Shown: piece after piece, positions 36,901 through 51,908 of the stretch
Numbering within the stretch: position 1 is the stretch's first letter
Layout of the letters: each line of letters begins with the position of its first letter
Assembly (NCBI GenBank): GCA_951406725.2
Contig: OX597829.1
Location: forward strand, 39,680,001 to 39,744,000
Source: Octopus vulgaris
Taxonomy: Eukaryota
Direction: 5' to 3'
DNA length: 64,000 nt
The notes under the pieces: model-generated
What the model was told of the DNA's origin: nothing
Database searches by the model: none
What the model saw: the letters and a program-made list of their open reading frames with translations, nothing else
Translations under genes and position numbers: made by a program

Positions 36901-37107
36901 TACCGGAGTCATTCTTGTTGCTTATTTTTTATTATAATCATCCCACAAATTTTTATGGATAACACCATACAAAATTCTGGTGCATCTAAATTAAGTACCA
37001 TATTTATTCGAATCTAAATTTTTGCTGAACTTATATATATATATATATATATAAACATGTACCTATATGTATGTGAATGTGTGTGTGTGTGTGTGTGTGT
37101 GTGAAAG

Positions 37108-37163
<56 letters not shown>

Positions 37164-37381
37164 TATAAATGCATACACACACACAGAGAAGAAGTATTGG
37201 TATCTAGAAGACCCAAAGAGTGTCAGGTAACGCTAGGTAAGTGCTATGGTTCGCTAATGATACAAGTGAAGAGTGTAATGTGGGTCTTGTATTAGCATGT
37301 ATATAATATATTAGACAGAATGAGATAAGAAAACCAAGGCTGTGAGGAGTTTTCAGGACGGCTTTGTAATTTCATTCTGTC

Positions 37382-37456
<75 letters not shown>

Positions 37457-37554
37457 TATATATTTAGGAACAACATTGGCATAGAAGGTTGTGAAAAAAG
37501 GTTATTTTATAGTTCACAGTTAGTAATGGGGGTTCCTGTATATGCGAATAAATA

Positions 37555-38108
37555 TCCAAAGTTAGGGAATGGAGTAGATAAAACCCAGGCTACATATGTT
37601 TCACAGGTCGCGGAACCTCGGAAGTAGTAATTATCCAGAGGAGGAGTAGACTGCAGGCTATTCCCCAAGTCAAAGATACCTTGATTAAGAGACCCCATGT
37701 AAACTCGTTGGAGATTCAATCGAAATGCTTGGAAAGCACAGTTCGGGAGGAAAACATATTTGTGAAGAAGTCAAAATAAAAGAAATATATGTATATATAT
37801 TTTTTCTCCTTGTTTTTTTCTGTGTCCCTTTCTGTAGAAGAGCGTAGGCTTGAAACGTAAAAGACTTTTTCTATTCCTGAGCGTTATGGAGAAGAAACTT
37901 GAACTGTGCTTTGGACGCATTTCGATCGAATCGCCTGTCAGTTGAAACGGGATCTCCTAACGACAGTATGCTCTTCATGTAATCAAGGTGTCATTTACCT
38001 GAAGAGTAGCTTGCGTTCTACTCTTCATTTGGACAATTACTGCTTCCAAGGTTCTGTTAGCTATGAAACATATGTAGTCTTGGTTTTATCTGCTCCATTC
38101 CCTTATTT
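37555..38108. repeat. Old diverged palindrome with a hammerhead remnant at 37997-38078 (+)
   Basis: 37555-37745 is similar to the reverse complement of 37900-38108. Motif ac-CUGAAGA-guagc...gcuau-GAAA-cauaug-UA-gu has only a 2-bp stem I. Confidence 0.6.
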
Positions 38109-38113
38109 TTGAA

Positions 38114-38223
<110 letters not shown>

Positions 38224-38318
38224 ATATATCTATTTATTTGTATATATATATATATATACACAAACATTCACACACACATACCCATAAACATAAACGCATG
38301 TATATATACGTATATATA

Positions 38319-38369
<51 letters not shown>

Positions 38370-38494
38370 ATATATATACGCGCATGTATGTATGTTTGCA
38401 TATGTATATATATATGCGAGTGTGTATATATGCGTAGACACAGGCACACGTACACACATAAATACACATACACACATACACTCATATATTTATG

Positions 38495-38559
<65 letters not shown>

Positions 38560-38566
38560 GAAAGAG

Positions 38567-38613
<47 letters not shown>

Positions 38614-39203
38614 AAAAGAGAAAGAAATTAAGAAAAGAATTACGAAAGAACAGCCAGCTGTGGCTTTGCAATAGTTGTTGGCTGGTGACTTGACAAGTGA
38701 AGAACAGTTTGTGTTGACGTAAGGTGTGTGTATATTGAGGAATTCTTGAATATTTGCCAACATTGTATGCATAGACACATACAGACACCACACACACACA
38801 TACACACATACACACATAGATACACTCACTCCATATATACACAAACATCAGCATACATACACACCCATGCCAATTACCCAATTACATAAGCAGGTATGCA
38901 TACGTGAATTTGCAAACATATAGGTGCGTGAGCTGTGTGTGCATGAATGTGAATGTATATATATGTATGATTATGTATGTATGTGTACATTTCTGCCTGC
39001 CTGTCTGTCTGTCTATGTTTGTAGGTATATAAGTAAAGGAACAGGCTATACATGTATGGTAAGAAGTTCGCTTCTCGACCATATGGTTCCAGTTCTAGTT
39101 CTACTACGTGGCACTTTGGGCAAATATATTCGACTTCAGGCGGTCTAAGACCTTGTCAGCGAAATTAACAGACGGAAGCTGAGAGAAGTCCATCGTATAT
39201 ATA

Positions 39204-39306
<103 letters not shown>

Positions 39307-39532
39307 ATAATCATATGCTGATATATTTATAATTATATGCTGATTATAAACAATATGGGTGGTTAATTCGCAATTTTACAACCTAAAGGCAGATATTTTT
39401 ACGTCACTAAAGTGAACAAGGGCAATAATCAGTACCAATGTTGCTAGAAATAAGAGTCAAAACAACTTTTACTATTTATGAAATCACCGTATGATCTCAA
39501 CAGAAATCTTATAAGCTTAAGAGAAATCTTAA

Positions 39533-40134
39533 GTCGGTGAGCTGGCAGAAACGTTAGCACGCCGGGCGAAATGCTTAGCGGTATTTCGTCTGCCGCTACG
39601 TTCTGAGTTCAAATTCCGCCGAGGTCGACTTTGCCTTTAATCCTTTCGGGGTCGATTAAATATAAGTACCATTTACGCACTGGGATCGATGTAATCGACG
39701 TAATCCGTTTGTCTGTCCTTGTTTGTCCTCTCTGTGTTTAGCCCCTTGTGGGTAGTAAAGAAATAGGTATTTCGTCTGCCGTTATGTTCTGAGTTCAAAT
39801 TCCGCTGAGGTCGACTTTGCCTTTCATTCATTCGGGGTCGATTAAATAAGTACCAATTACGCACTGGGATCGATATAATCGACTTAATCCGTTTGTCTGT
39901 CTTTGTTTGGCCTCACTGTGTTTAGCCCCTTGTAGGTAATAAAGAAATAGGTATTTCGTCTGCCGTAACGTTCTGAGTTCAAATTCCGCCAAGGTCGACT
40001 TTGCCTTTCATCCTTTCAGGATCGATAAATTAAGTACCAGTTACGCACTGGGGTCGATGTAATCGACTTAATCCCTTTGTCTGTCCTTGTTTGTCCCCTC
40101 TGTGTTTAGCCCCCTTGTGGATACTAAAGAAATA
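39533..40134 (+). mobile_element. SINE family B concatemer: head plus three body units
   Basis: Units start ggtatttcg at 39580, 39766 and 39950. agaaatcttataagct is duplicated in the flanks. Confidence 0.9.
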
Positions 40135-40428
40135 AGAAATCTTATAAGCTGACGAGGCGAGATGAGTTTAACCCTAGGCGCGGTGAGAGCTCGTGATGAT
40201 TGTTAGGATGCATTAAGCATTAAGAATGTGAAATCATCGATAATCTGGCTGTATCTGCGTCCATAGAGAGCGTGTCTTTGTCAGCTCATTAAAATAACGC
40301 TTTTTGTGGCTATTGAGCTGTTCTGGCTCCTATTTGTAGCAATACTGGTGCTCATTAGTACCCTTATTCAGTTTAGTGATGTATATATATTTCGGCCTTA
40401 AGATTGTAAAATTGCGAATTAGTCACCC

Positions 40429-40515
<87 letters not shown>

Positions 40516-41018
40516 CTTGTCCTGTCTTCTACTGTTTACAATTTGCACTGTCGTTACTGTCTTGTTGTTACTATTTTTTACCCCTCTGCGAAAAGATCTC
40601 AGAATTTTAATTGATTTGCTTTTCGCAGGAAGGAAAGTTTTCTTGTCGAAGATACGTCTCGCTTTTATCCTTCGAAACGTAGAGTAGATGAAAGCTTTAG
40701 CGACTGAAGAAGGGGTTTTTTCTTTGTGTTAATTGTCCTGTATTCTATTTTTTGGGTTTTTCTTTTGCTGTTTTTAAATAAATGTCCAGTTCCTTTGGTT
40801 TGTGTCTATGTTTTCGTTTCTCATTATGTTCAACGTTCTTTTGGTGTCCTGTACTCATATATGCGTGTATATGTACATGTAGAGGTAGGTACGTACATAT
40901 ATGTTTATATATATATGCATATGTTTTATTTTATTCATCAATATATTATATATATATATATATGTGTGTGTGTGTGCTCTCTATTTGTCCCATAATTATA
41001 CGTTAATTATTAGCGCCC

Positions 41019-41085
41019 TTGTTGATGAAGAACACGGATAACAAATTACCTTGTTTGTTCATTAATGTTCGAAACCTAGGTACAA
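41019..41085 (+). ncRNA. Hammerhead motif with a C3U core change
   Basis: uug-UUGAUGA-a-gaaca...uguuc-GAAA-ccuagg-UA-caa. Confidence 0.55.
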
Positions 41086-41243
41086 ATGGTAACTATTGAA
41101 AATGTTTTTTTTTATTTTTCATCCTCTTCGAAATTACTAAATTACTCTTAACCGTAGTTTGGACGTTGGCCGTTCCTTTTAGCATGTAAGGCGTCCTGTT
41201 AGGGTCATCTCTTTTGTGTGTGAATTTACACTAATTATATATG

Positions 41244-41835
<592 letters not shown>

Positions 41836-41836
41836 A

Positions 41837-42001
<165 letters not shown>

Positions 42002-42779
42002 GATCGATCGATCTATCTATCTATCTATCTATCTGTCTTTCTTTCTATATATATATTTAACTGTTAAAATTACTTGATAAGGTTGCAATAATTACAAAAA
42101 GATTTTGTTAAAAGTTATTAAGTATTTGAAAACGATTTCTTTTATTTTAGCAAAATGTCACTAACCTTTGTGAATGAAGTTCGTATATAATATAATCACT
42201 TTGGTTTTTCAACTTTCCAAACACATGTGTTCCAGGTTAATGCATAATGAAGGAACGTGTTTGAAAAATTGAGAACGAAAGCGCTGACACACGACAAACA
42301 CACTACAAATCAAATACACAAACAGAAAATTCTTCCACAAAAGTTCGTGACATTTTGTGGAATAAAAGAAATTTATAACAAAAAGTTAATAATTTAAAAA
42401 ATATTATTTTTCTAATTCAGTTACAGTTTACCATACTCTTCAATTTGAACCATTAACCTAATAAGAGACTCCTTCATGTTGTGAGTCTAAATTGAAGCGC
42501 TCAACTTCTCTAATTTCATCTCTCAAATCCCTTGTTTTATTTTAATATACCAATCCAAGTATGGAATATGTACGTAGTTACTTGAAGGTCTAGAAATTGT
42601 AGTCAATATCACTCAAATGACAAACACCATCATAAAAGTTAGCAACGATTTAAAACTGTTTTTGATCCATGTCATACTCTAAAAGTGTTATATATATATA
42701 TATATATATATAGGTAATAATAAAATAGGAGATGGAATGTGTAATTCATTTATACATTTTATACAATTTCTCCATTATG

Positions 42780-42972
<193 letters not shown>

Positions 42973-43329
42973 AGGGATAAGTTTTAACAAAGATTGCATT
43001 GGTTTAACGCTTAAAAGAAGGAAATGAATAAGTTTTGACGTTTTGGACATTTGTCGGTCATCAAAATAAAAATAGAGGAGGAGTGGCAAAGAGGGAGAAG
43101 TTGAGAAGGTGGGAGGAAGCGGCGGAAGGCGAAAGTATGGGAATGTATTGGAGTGCATCCATTAGTAAGCTTTGTATAGGAATGGAGAGGTCTGCGCGAA
43201 TTTGAACTGTGTGTATGTGTGCAAGTGCCGAAGTAGAGTAGAGTGGGTTAATAGGAGTGTGATCTATTTCCGGTTATTGCAGGAAACGGAACTTGCACAT
43301 GTATAATTATACATGTCTCTACATGTCAC

Positions 43330-44480
43330 ATTGTAAATTGCAGCTTTCCACTAGTATTCGTTTGTCTTTTACGGCTGCTGAAGTGAACTAAGGTGTTATA
43401 ATGGAGGCAGTTGAATTGCAGGTCAGTGATCAGGTTCTTATACTTGAAAGGTCGTACACCAAAAGAGATTTTTGATGAGATGAAAGAAGTTTATGGTGAC
43501 GATGCACCACCATACGACGTAGTCAAGTACTGGCATCGCCATTTCAAATGTGGTCGGACATCGGTGGAACCTGTTCCTACTCCTGGACGGTTACATTCCG
43601 CCTCTGATGACAACACCATCCATAAAGTGGAAGTCGCCATTTTGGAGAATCACCGCAGAACTATTCGGCAACTAACCCAAGAAGTGAAGATAAATATAGG
43701 GTCCGTGGACAAAATCATGCGGAAGTTGTCTGCACGATGGATTCCCAGGGTGCTCACAGTTTTTCAGAAGCAGGAATGAGTCAATTGCTCTCAGGCTCTT
43801 TTGGCAATGGACTTTTTTGACAGACCTATCATACAGGATGAAACATGGGTCCATCACTATGATTCTGAAACTAAAGTCCAGTTGAAGCAATGGAAGCATG
43901 ATAACTCAAAGGAGGCTCATGTTCAACCCTCAGCAGGCAAGGTGATGCTCACAGTCTTCTGGGACTAGCGCGGAGTAGTGACGATTGATTTTCTGGCAAA
44001 GGGCACCACAATTTACGGGGCATATTATGCTTCTCTGCAAGAGAAATTGCGGGATGCCATCAAAGCAGAGAGGCGTGATATGCTGACCAAAAGAGTCCAC
44101 CTCCTCCAAGACAACGTCCCAATTCACAATGTACATGTTGCCCAGATAAAAAGCACACTCCTGCGGCTATGAAATCCTTCCTTGCCCCCTTACTCTCCCG
44201 ACCTTGCACCGTCTGACTTCTACCTCTTTCCAACCATGAAGGGTTGGAAAGGGGAAACTGTTTCCGGATGATGAACTTATTTTTGAGGTTAAAGTCTTAG
44301 CTCCAGATGCAACCTTCTGACTTCCACAGACGAGGCCTTCACAGCCGCATAAAGAGACGGGAGAAGTGTGTCGCTATTGGTGGCTATGTAGAGAAGAACT
44401 AATAATTGTAACAAGTTTCGTTTATACCAGTTCTTGGGGAGCGGATCAGGGGAAACCTTTAACGAACATCCCTTGCATGT
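43330..44480 (+). pseudogene. Degenerate mariner (DD34D) transposase
   Basis: HTH region RSVIRFLYLKG...EMKEVYGDDAP...W...FKCGRTS, then SARWIPRVLT, DETWVHHYD, SAGKVMLTVFWD*, LLQDNVPIH and PYSPDLAPSDFYLF. Contains stops and frameshifts. Right TIR remnant near 44453-44480. Confidence 0.9.
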
Positions 44481-45084
44481 ATGTAATTGTATCGTGCGCG
44501 TGCTAGAGGAAAGCGCATGAGTGAGGGTGGGTGGGTGTAAGTGTGAATTAATGAGGGGAAGTTGGAGGAATTTGTGTGATGTAATGCAAGTGTAAGCAGA
44601 GGTCTGTGTGATTGCTGTCGCTTGGAAGGAAGACGTGAATACGGGAAGGAAAGGGAGAAAAAGTAGTTCAGCGAAAGAAAATTGGAGAAAGAATAATTGC
44701 AATAGAACAATGGTGCAAAAAATTATTTTTGTTCAGTGAGAGATGAAAATTAGTAATGTACGTTGAGGGCGTGTAAAATATATATGAACAGAAAGGAGAG
44801 AAAGAAATGAAAGATGAGAAAATGAGTTAGAAAAGCGAAAAGGAGAAAAAAGGTGAGCGTTGAAGGTGAAGAGAGAAGACGGAGAAAAATAGCAAAAAAT
44901 AATTGCAATACGAAACTAATATAAAATTGTTTAACTTCTGTGAAAGAAGAAATTCAAAATTCAATGCAATAAAAAACCGAAGCGAATAAATCGCGCGTGT
45001 GTGCTTGCGCACGCTTGTGTACACATATGCGTAAATCAACAGATAGCGATAGATAAATAGATAGAGAGGTAGAAAGAACGAGAG

Positions 45085-45148
<64 letters not shown>

Positions 45149-45540
45149 GAGAGAGTGGTACTCAGGAGAGAGAGTGGTACTCGCACATTTATAAGTAAAT
45201 CGACGGATGTGTTGAATTCATTAAATTTTCCCATTACAAACTTCCATCAACATCAATAGATTCGTCGAGGAAGTCACAACTAACCGCTTTCACTTTCACT
45301 TATATATCTTTTTAAAAAGGTCATCAATTTTTTTTTTCTTTTTGCTTTGTTTATCAATGTGACACCTTGGATAGCCAAGTGTCTCCATTGCAGAGGAATG
45401 CAAAAGGCTCATTTATAAATACCCGGTCACTGTTTATTTCGTCAGGAATTAAGGATAATTTTAGTCCTTAAGAGACACATTCATAAAATTTGGTGCTGAC
45501 GATTTGAATTCCACGCACTTTTGGCTTTCTTAGTTTGAAA

Positions 45541-45922
45541 GGAGGCGCAATGGCCCAGTGGTTAGGGCAGCGGACTCGCGGTCATAGGATCGCGGTTTCG
45601 ATTCCCAGACCGGGCATTGTGTTTATTGAGCGAAAACACCTAAAGCTCCACGAGGCTCCGGCAGGGGATTGTGGTGATCCCTGCTGTACTCTTTCACCAC
45701 AACTTTCTCTCACTCTTACTTCCTGTTTCTGTTGTACCTGTATTTCAAGGGGTCGGCCTTGTCACTCTCTGTGTCACGCTGAATATCCCCGAGAACTACG
45801 TTAAGGGTACACGTGTCTGTGGAGTGCTCAGCCACTTACACGTTAATTTCACGAGCAGGCTGTTCCGTTGATTCGGATCAACCGGAACCCTCGTCGTCGT
45901 AACCGACGGAGTGCTTCCCCAC
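45541..45922 (+). mobile_element. SINE family A, tail type 1
   Basis: Full copy with TSD ttagtttgaaag. Confidence 0.9.
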
Positions 45923-46522
45923 CTTAGTTTGAAAGTATCTCCTACTTTTATATTACATCTTTAGTTTAATAAAATCGCGTCCATGATGCTTGCTACATTT
46001 AACCACATACACTGACTATGCTATGATCGCATCACTGTTCTAGGGGCCCAGATTTCAGAGCCAAAGTCTTACGTCACAGTGCGATTCTTCGACTTCCTAG
46101 GCAAAGCAGTGTTATTTCCCTTGAAGTCGTTCATTGCTTTCTTGTGTATGTATACATGTGTAAACCAATACATCGTACATCGCTAATGTAGTATTGCACA
46201 GCCTTTTGAGAACTATCAAACTGATCACCCAGTCGCTTGCATTTTCTATCGCACTATAGTCTCTTACATGCTGAGTGATCTTGACTTTAACTTGCCACTG
46301 AATATAGTGTTTGAGAACGATACAATAAGTTTTGATAAGCGTGTAATCACCTCCACTCTTTCGAAGAAAATAATTCATCTTGTTTCACATTCAGCGCCTA
46401 GCGATATAGAGTCTCGCATCGGGGCACACGCTTGACAGGGATCCAAATAATGGTGAATTATTTTTTCCCCTCAATTGTAGCGAGTATTACTCGTATAACG
46501 GTATTACTCATATCCGCACCGT

Positions 46523-46737
46523 AAACGTTAGCGTTAGCACGTCGGGCGAAATGCCTAGCAGTCTGTCGCTACGTTCTGAGTTCAAATTCCGCTAAGGTCG
46601 ACTTTACCTTTCATCCTTTCGGGGTCGATTAAATAAGTACCAGTTACGCACTGGGGTCGATGTAATCGACTTAATCCGTTTGTCTGTCCTTGTTTGTCCA
46701 CTCTATGCTTAGGCCCTTGTGGGTAGTAAAGAAATAA
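46523..46737 (+). mobile_element. SINE family B (5'-truncated)
   Basis: TSD gtattactcatatccgc. Confidence 0.85.
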
Positions 46738-46977
46738 GTATTACTCATATCCGCGCCGGTGAAGTATCGCCACTTATCCTACTTTGTAGGCGCTCGGCAT
46801 GTTTAGAAATAAAAGAGTAAGAGTCGCCGGTGTCTGCACACTCCACATTATATTCGGTAGGTAGGGTGAGGTGGGGGAAGACATGGGATGGTCACGAATG
46901 GAACGCCTTCGGTCATTGGTCAACTAGATCTTGATCTTGGTCAAAACAACAACCATATCATCATCCTCATCATCCTC

Positions 46978-46979
46978 AC

Positions 46980-47020
<41 letters not shown>

Positions 47021-47050
47021 TTACTACCACCCCCACTACTGCTGCTGCTG

Positions 47051-47088
<38 letters not shown>

Positions 47089-47092
47089 GCTG

Positions 47093-47142
<50 letters not shown>

Positions 47143-47187
47143 GCTGCTACTACTACTGCTACTACTACTACCACTACTACTGCTGCA

Positions 47188-47218
<31 letters not shown>
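46978..47218. repeat. (CTA)n/(CTG)n microsatellite
   Basis: Read directly from the sequence. Confidence 0.95.
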
Positions 47219-47557
47219 AAGATCCACTCCTGATTTACTGGAGGTAGCAGCGAAATATCCCTCATTTCACCGACCCTTCAGCCTCTTTTACACAATTTAG
47301 TTGTTATGCACCATGTCAGAAAGAAAAAAGATTGTAGAATTGTGGCTGAAATGCTTTTGAACATAAGCTCACCCTCTACTAGGTCTGACCTCGGGCTAAA
47401 TTATAACATCGATAGCTATAATAAGTTAACGTAAAGGAACTCTATGTGATCGATCGATCGAGCTGTTAAGAAACAGCAAAGCAAATCTTTAAAACTCACA
47501 TTTCATCGTTTTAAGAAGAGAAGAAACGATGCATTGTAAAATGTAACCATACGTACA

Positions 47558-47785
47558 TTACTCTTTACTCTTTACTCTTTTACTCTTTACTCTTTTACTT
47601 GTTTCAGTCATTTGACTGCGGTCATGCTGGAGCACCGCCTTTAGTCGAGCAAATCGACCCCCAGGACTTATTCTCTTTGTAAGCCCAGTACTTATTCTAT
47701 CGGTCTCTTTTGCCGAACCGCTAAGTGACGGGGACATAAACACACCAGCATCGGTTGTCAAGCAATGTTAGTGGGACAAACACAG

Positions 47786-47835
<50 letters not shown>

Positions 47836-48255
47836 TCTTTACTCTTACTCTTTTACTTGTTTCAGTCATTTGACTGCGGCCATGCTGGAGCACCGCCTTT
47901 AGTCGAGCAAATCGACCCCGGGACTTATTCTTTGTTAAGCCCAGTACTTATTCTATCGGTCTCTTTTGCCGAACCGCTAAGTGACGGGGACGTAAACACA
48001 CCAGCATCGGTTGAAAAGCAATGCTAGGGGGACAAACACAGACACACAAACATATACACACACACACACATATATATATATACATATATACGACAGGCTT
48101 CTTTCAGTTTCCGTCTACCAAATCCACTCACAAGGCATTGGTCGGCCCGGAGCTATAGCAGAAGACACTTGCCCAAGATGCCACGCAGTGGGACTGAACC
48201 CGGAACCATGTGGTTGGTAAGCAAGCTACTTACCACACAACCACTCCTGCGCCTA
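47558..48255 (-). mobile_element. SINE family C with a tandem duplicate of its 3' half
   Basis: Full copy at 47833-48255 plus a second 3' half at 47558-47830 that starts at the internal microsatellite. Confidence 0.85.
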
Positions 48256-48451
48256 TGTTTGAAAAAGAAAGAAAAATGAAAAGAAAAGGACATAAAGGTT
48301 ATTGCTGATTTATAGTCTACTGGATCGAGTATCAACTATTGCTGAAGTGAGTTTTTATGTCGCTTCACAACTTACAAGAAATAACAGTCAAATCTCTCTC
48401 AAATCACATGCAACCACCTTTGGAAAAAAATCAATCACAACGGGTATTATA

Positions 48452-48757
48452 GTTGTTTGTTCCTTCTCGAGCCACGGCCTGGCTCATTAGGGCCGGTTTC
48501 CCGGTTTCCTTGGCGTGTAGGTTCCCCACCTGGACGGGACGCCGGTCCGTCGCAGGTGAGCTGCAAGATGCAGGAGGAAAGAGTGAGAGAAAGTTGTGGC
48601 GAAAGAGTCAGCAGAAGTTCGCCATTACCTTCTGCCGGAGCCCGTGGAGCTTAGGTGTTTCGCTCATAAACACACACATCGCCCGGTCTGAGATTCGAAC
48701 CCGCGATCCCTCGACCGCGAGTCCGCTGCTCTAACCACTAGACCATGTGCCTCCACG
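48452..48757 (-). mobile_element. SINE family A, tail type 3
   Basis: Matches the 20008 and 62014 copies. TSD ggtattatagtt. Confidence 0.9.
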
Positions 48758-48913
48758 GTATTATAGTTCGGAGTATTCAACGCGTGAGGCATTGCTGGAA
48801 TGATTTTGATTATGAGCCTGTTCGATTATTGTTGCTGTCTTGAGGCAATATAACAAGTTAGCCACGACAAGGTAACTCTGCATGCTAAAAATAGCAGTCA
48901 TTCTTTCTTCAAA

Positions 48914-49308
48914 TTCTTTTCTACACTAGGCACAAGGCCCAAAGTTTTTGGGGAGGGGGCCAGTCGATTAGATCGACCCCAGTACGCAACTGGTACTTAA
49001 TTTATCGACCTCGAAAGGATGAAAGGTAAAGTCGACCTCGGCGGAATTTAAACTCAGAACATAAAAACCGACGAAATACCTATTTCTTTACTACCCACAA
49101 GGGGCTAAACACAGAGGAGACAAACAAGGACAGACAGACGGATTAATTCGATTATATCGACCTCAGTGCGTAACTGGTCCTTAATTTATCGACCCCGAAA
49201 CGATGAAAGGCAAAGTCGACCTCGGCGGAATTTGAACTCAGAACGTAACGGCAGACGAAATACCGCCAAGCATTTCGCCCGGCACGCTAACATTTGTCAG
49301 CTCGCCGT
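48914..49308 (-). mobile_element. SINE family B hetero-dimer (standard tail joined to an alternative-tail unit)
   Basis: Junction gaaata|ggtatttcg at 49080/49081. The downstream unit ends ggccccctccccc...gggccttgtgcctagtgtagaaaag. Confidence 0.85.
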
Positions 49309-49368
49309 CTTATATTTTCTTCAAAATGCTACTTATTGTCGTAATGAAGTCATTACACGCACACGCAC

Positions 49369-49490
<122 letters not shown>

Positions 49491-49542
49491 CAATAAAAGA
49501 ATAAAAGAGACCTCGATATTATGTAAATAGAGGAATTTATCT

Positions 49543-49690
49543 GTAAATGTAATATGTGACAATTATTTGGTAGCCATGATAGCCTTTTTCCATGATAGTA
49601 TATTTCCGATGGCCGGATAACGGAAGAGATGGCGGCATCCGAAACTCGGAGTTTTATCATGGCTACCGAATAACTGTCACATATTACATT

Positions 49691-49692
<2 letters not shown>
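49543..49692. repeat. Short palindrome enclosing a mutated hammerhead (49616-49658, +)
   Basis: Arms of about 38 bp. Motif gauaa-CGGAAGA-gaug-gcgg-cauc-c-GAAA-cucggag-UU-uuauc has a U4G change. Confidence 0.55.
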
Positions 49693-49779
<87 letters not shown>

Positions 49780-49783
<4 letters not shown>

Positions 49784-49923
49784 TTTTCTTTTATTCTTTT
49801 ACTTGTTTCAGTCATTTGACTGCGGCCATGCTGGAGCACCGCCTTTAGTCGAGCAAATCGACCCCGGGACTTATTCTTTGTAAGCCCAGTACTTATTCTA
49901 TCGGTCTCTTTTGCCGAACCGCT
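49780..49923 (-). mobile_element. SINE family C 3' fragment
   Basis: Tail only. Confidence 0.85.
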
Positions 49924-51456
49924 ATATATATAAAGATGCAAGATAGTCACATTTGGAACGTCTTTTTTATTAAATATCCGCTCGGCCAGGTACGATCAAG
50001 ATGAGTAAAAAAAAAATAAGACAAACAAATAGGATAAAATAGACTTTGTTGTTGGTTAGTTATTTAACCAACCAACTAATTGCAAAAGACCTGAAGTTGA
50101 CCTACGGTGGAGAAAAAAAGGAAGTCATGCATTGAAGAGGTCACGGATGGCGACGAACGAACTTAGGCAAGCACAATTGAGTGATAAATCATATGATTAA
50201 TCAAACAAACTGTTTAGCTAGTTGGTTAACTTACTAACTAACCGATTGACGAAAGAATAATAAAGAAACGAAATTGAACCAGAGCACGTGTTTATTATTG
50301 ACATAATGACCCTCCTAAGACAGCAAAACTTATTCCAACACACGGGTTCACATCGAGAATCTTTGCAAACAAAATTATTTAAAAATAAGAATAGACTAAT
50401 GAAACGAGAAACTAACTTCGTCTGTTGACAGAATATATCTACAGACCTGACCCCTTGAGTTGCTATATTTATAGGGTACACACTTGCATATGAAAACATA
50501 TGAGAATGAATGGTGTAAGCACGCACCAAATCTAGTATGTGACTACGACATGCCTAGATGTGAGACATGACTATTCAAATAGTCAAAACGAATTTTAGCA
50601 TATTGTTCAGATATTTTCACAGACTGAAACGAAATCATACACACAGTCTCTGATAGGCACGTAGTTCTCTTCCGACACCCATTAAAAAAAAAAAGAAAGA
50701 AAGAAATGAAGTGAAATCTATGTACCGGGACAGTGAGATAAAATTAAGTTAAGATGTAGGGAATAGTAAAAACATTACCTACTAAGTCCACTAGTCTGGA
50801 AACAACAACAACAACAACAAGTGTTCGAATTTTGGCATTAGGCCACAAATTTTGGTGGTTGGGCTGTAGTCGAATTCATCGACTCCAGTACTTGATGCTT
50901 ATCTCATCGACCCCGAAAGGATATAAAACAATGTTAACCTCGGCAGAATTTGAATTCAGAACATAAAAGCTAGAAGAAATGACGCTAGGCATTTTATCCT
51001 ACGTAATGCTTTCTCTGTTTCAAAAATCCTGCCCACACGGGGCCAACATAGAGGGGACAATACAGCTTGATTTGGTGTCAGACACACACAACGAGTTTGA
51101 AAATTTGCAACGAAATCGAATGGCAACACAAATCGCTAAACAAATTAACAAACATAAAATGAGGATGGAGAACAGGTTTTAGCTCCGATCCCATGAGCCC
51201 TGTTCCACTACCGACACCTTATGATATGTTCCACTACCGGTACCTTATGAAATGTTAACGCAGTGTCTTTTCACCTACAGCATTCGTGCTACACGTGTCC
51301 ATCTGTCTTTGTACATTCTCGCTGACAGGCACCACTCCAGCACCACTTTCTGGCAACTGGTTTCGAGACATGCGACTGAACACGAAAAAGAAGAAAAAAA
51401 ACATCTAAAAATTCTTGGAAAAGCGACTTCAATTGCTATAAAATACTATATTTTAA

Positions 51457-51686
51457 TGTAAAGTATAGAAGCCATCTTATCATGGCTAACCACATTGGGG
51501 AAGGGGTGTTACTGTAGCTTTATAGCCCCAAGAGATCGTCGTCTCTAGCTGGCTTTAGACACAATATCAGTGCCCTTGGAGTATTTGCAAAGGGAGGCCA
51601 TCCCTTCCTCGCAAGCCTGAGTGATACGCTCGAACTAGTTTCGGGATTTTTGTCCCTCGTCAACGGGCGGTAACCACCAGGTCGCT
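51457..51686 (-). mobile_element. 230-bp retroposed element carrying a compact hammerhead (51627-51669)
   Basis: 13-bp TSD tactatattttaa at 51444-51456 and 51687-51699. Minus strand reads cgcccg-UUGACGA-ggga-caaaaa-uccc-GAAA-cuag-UU-cgagcg. Confidence 0.75.
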
Positions 51687-51908
51687 TACTATATTTTAAG
51701 CAATATTTAAATATAAATTTTAAAAAAGATGACTTTAAGAAATTATTTTTTTTAAATAACCGCCAAAATAAAAAAATAAATTAAATAAAAACAAACATCT
51801 ACCTGCTTGATGTCGTCGATGTATTTGATAGGCTCAAAGTGGAGACTGGAGGAGAAGCGTGGATTACATTGATTTGGTAAAAGGATTCGATTCATCATTA
51901 GACGTTTA

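Larger units (their letters stand above)
36560..36933. repeat. Palindrome with 125-bp arms, each carrying a hammerhead
   Basis: 36560-36684 is the reverse complement of 36808-36933, with few mismatches. Confidence 0.9.

Noticed and set aside
42059-42430. Imperfect AT-rich palindrome
   Set aside because: Too degenerate to assign, with no TIR/TSD or ribozyme core recognised.
43411-44172. Mariner ORFs as a functional or domesticated transposase
   Set aside because: In-frame stops, frameshifts and deletions, and no left TIR found.
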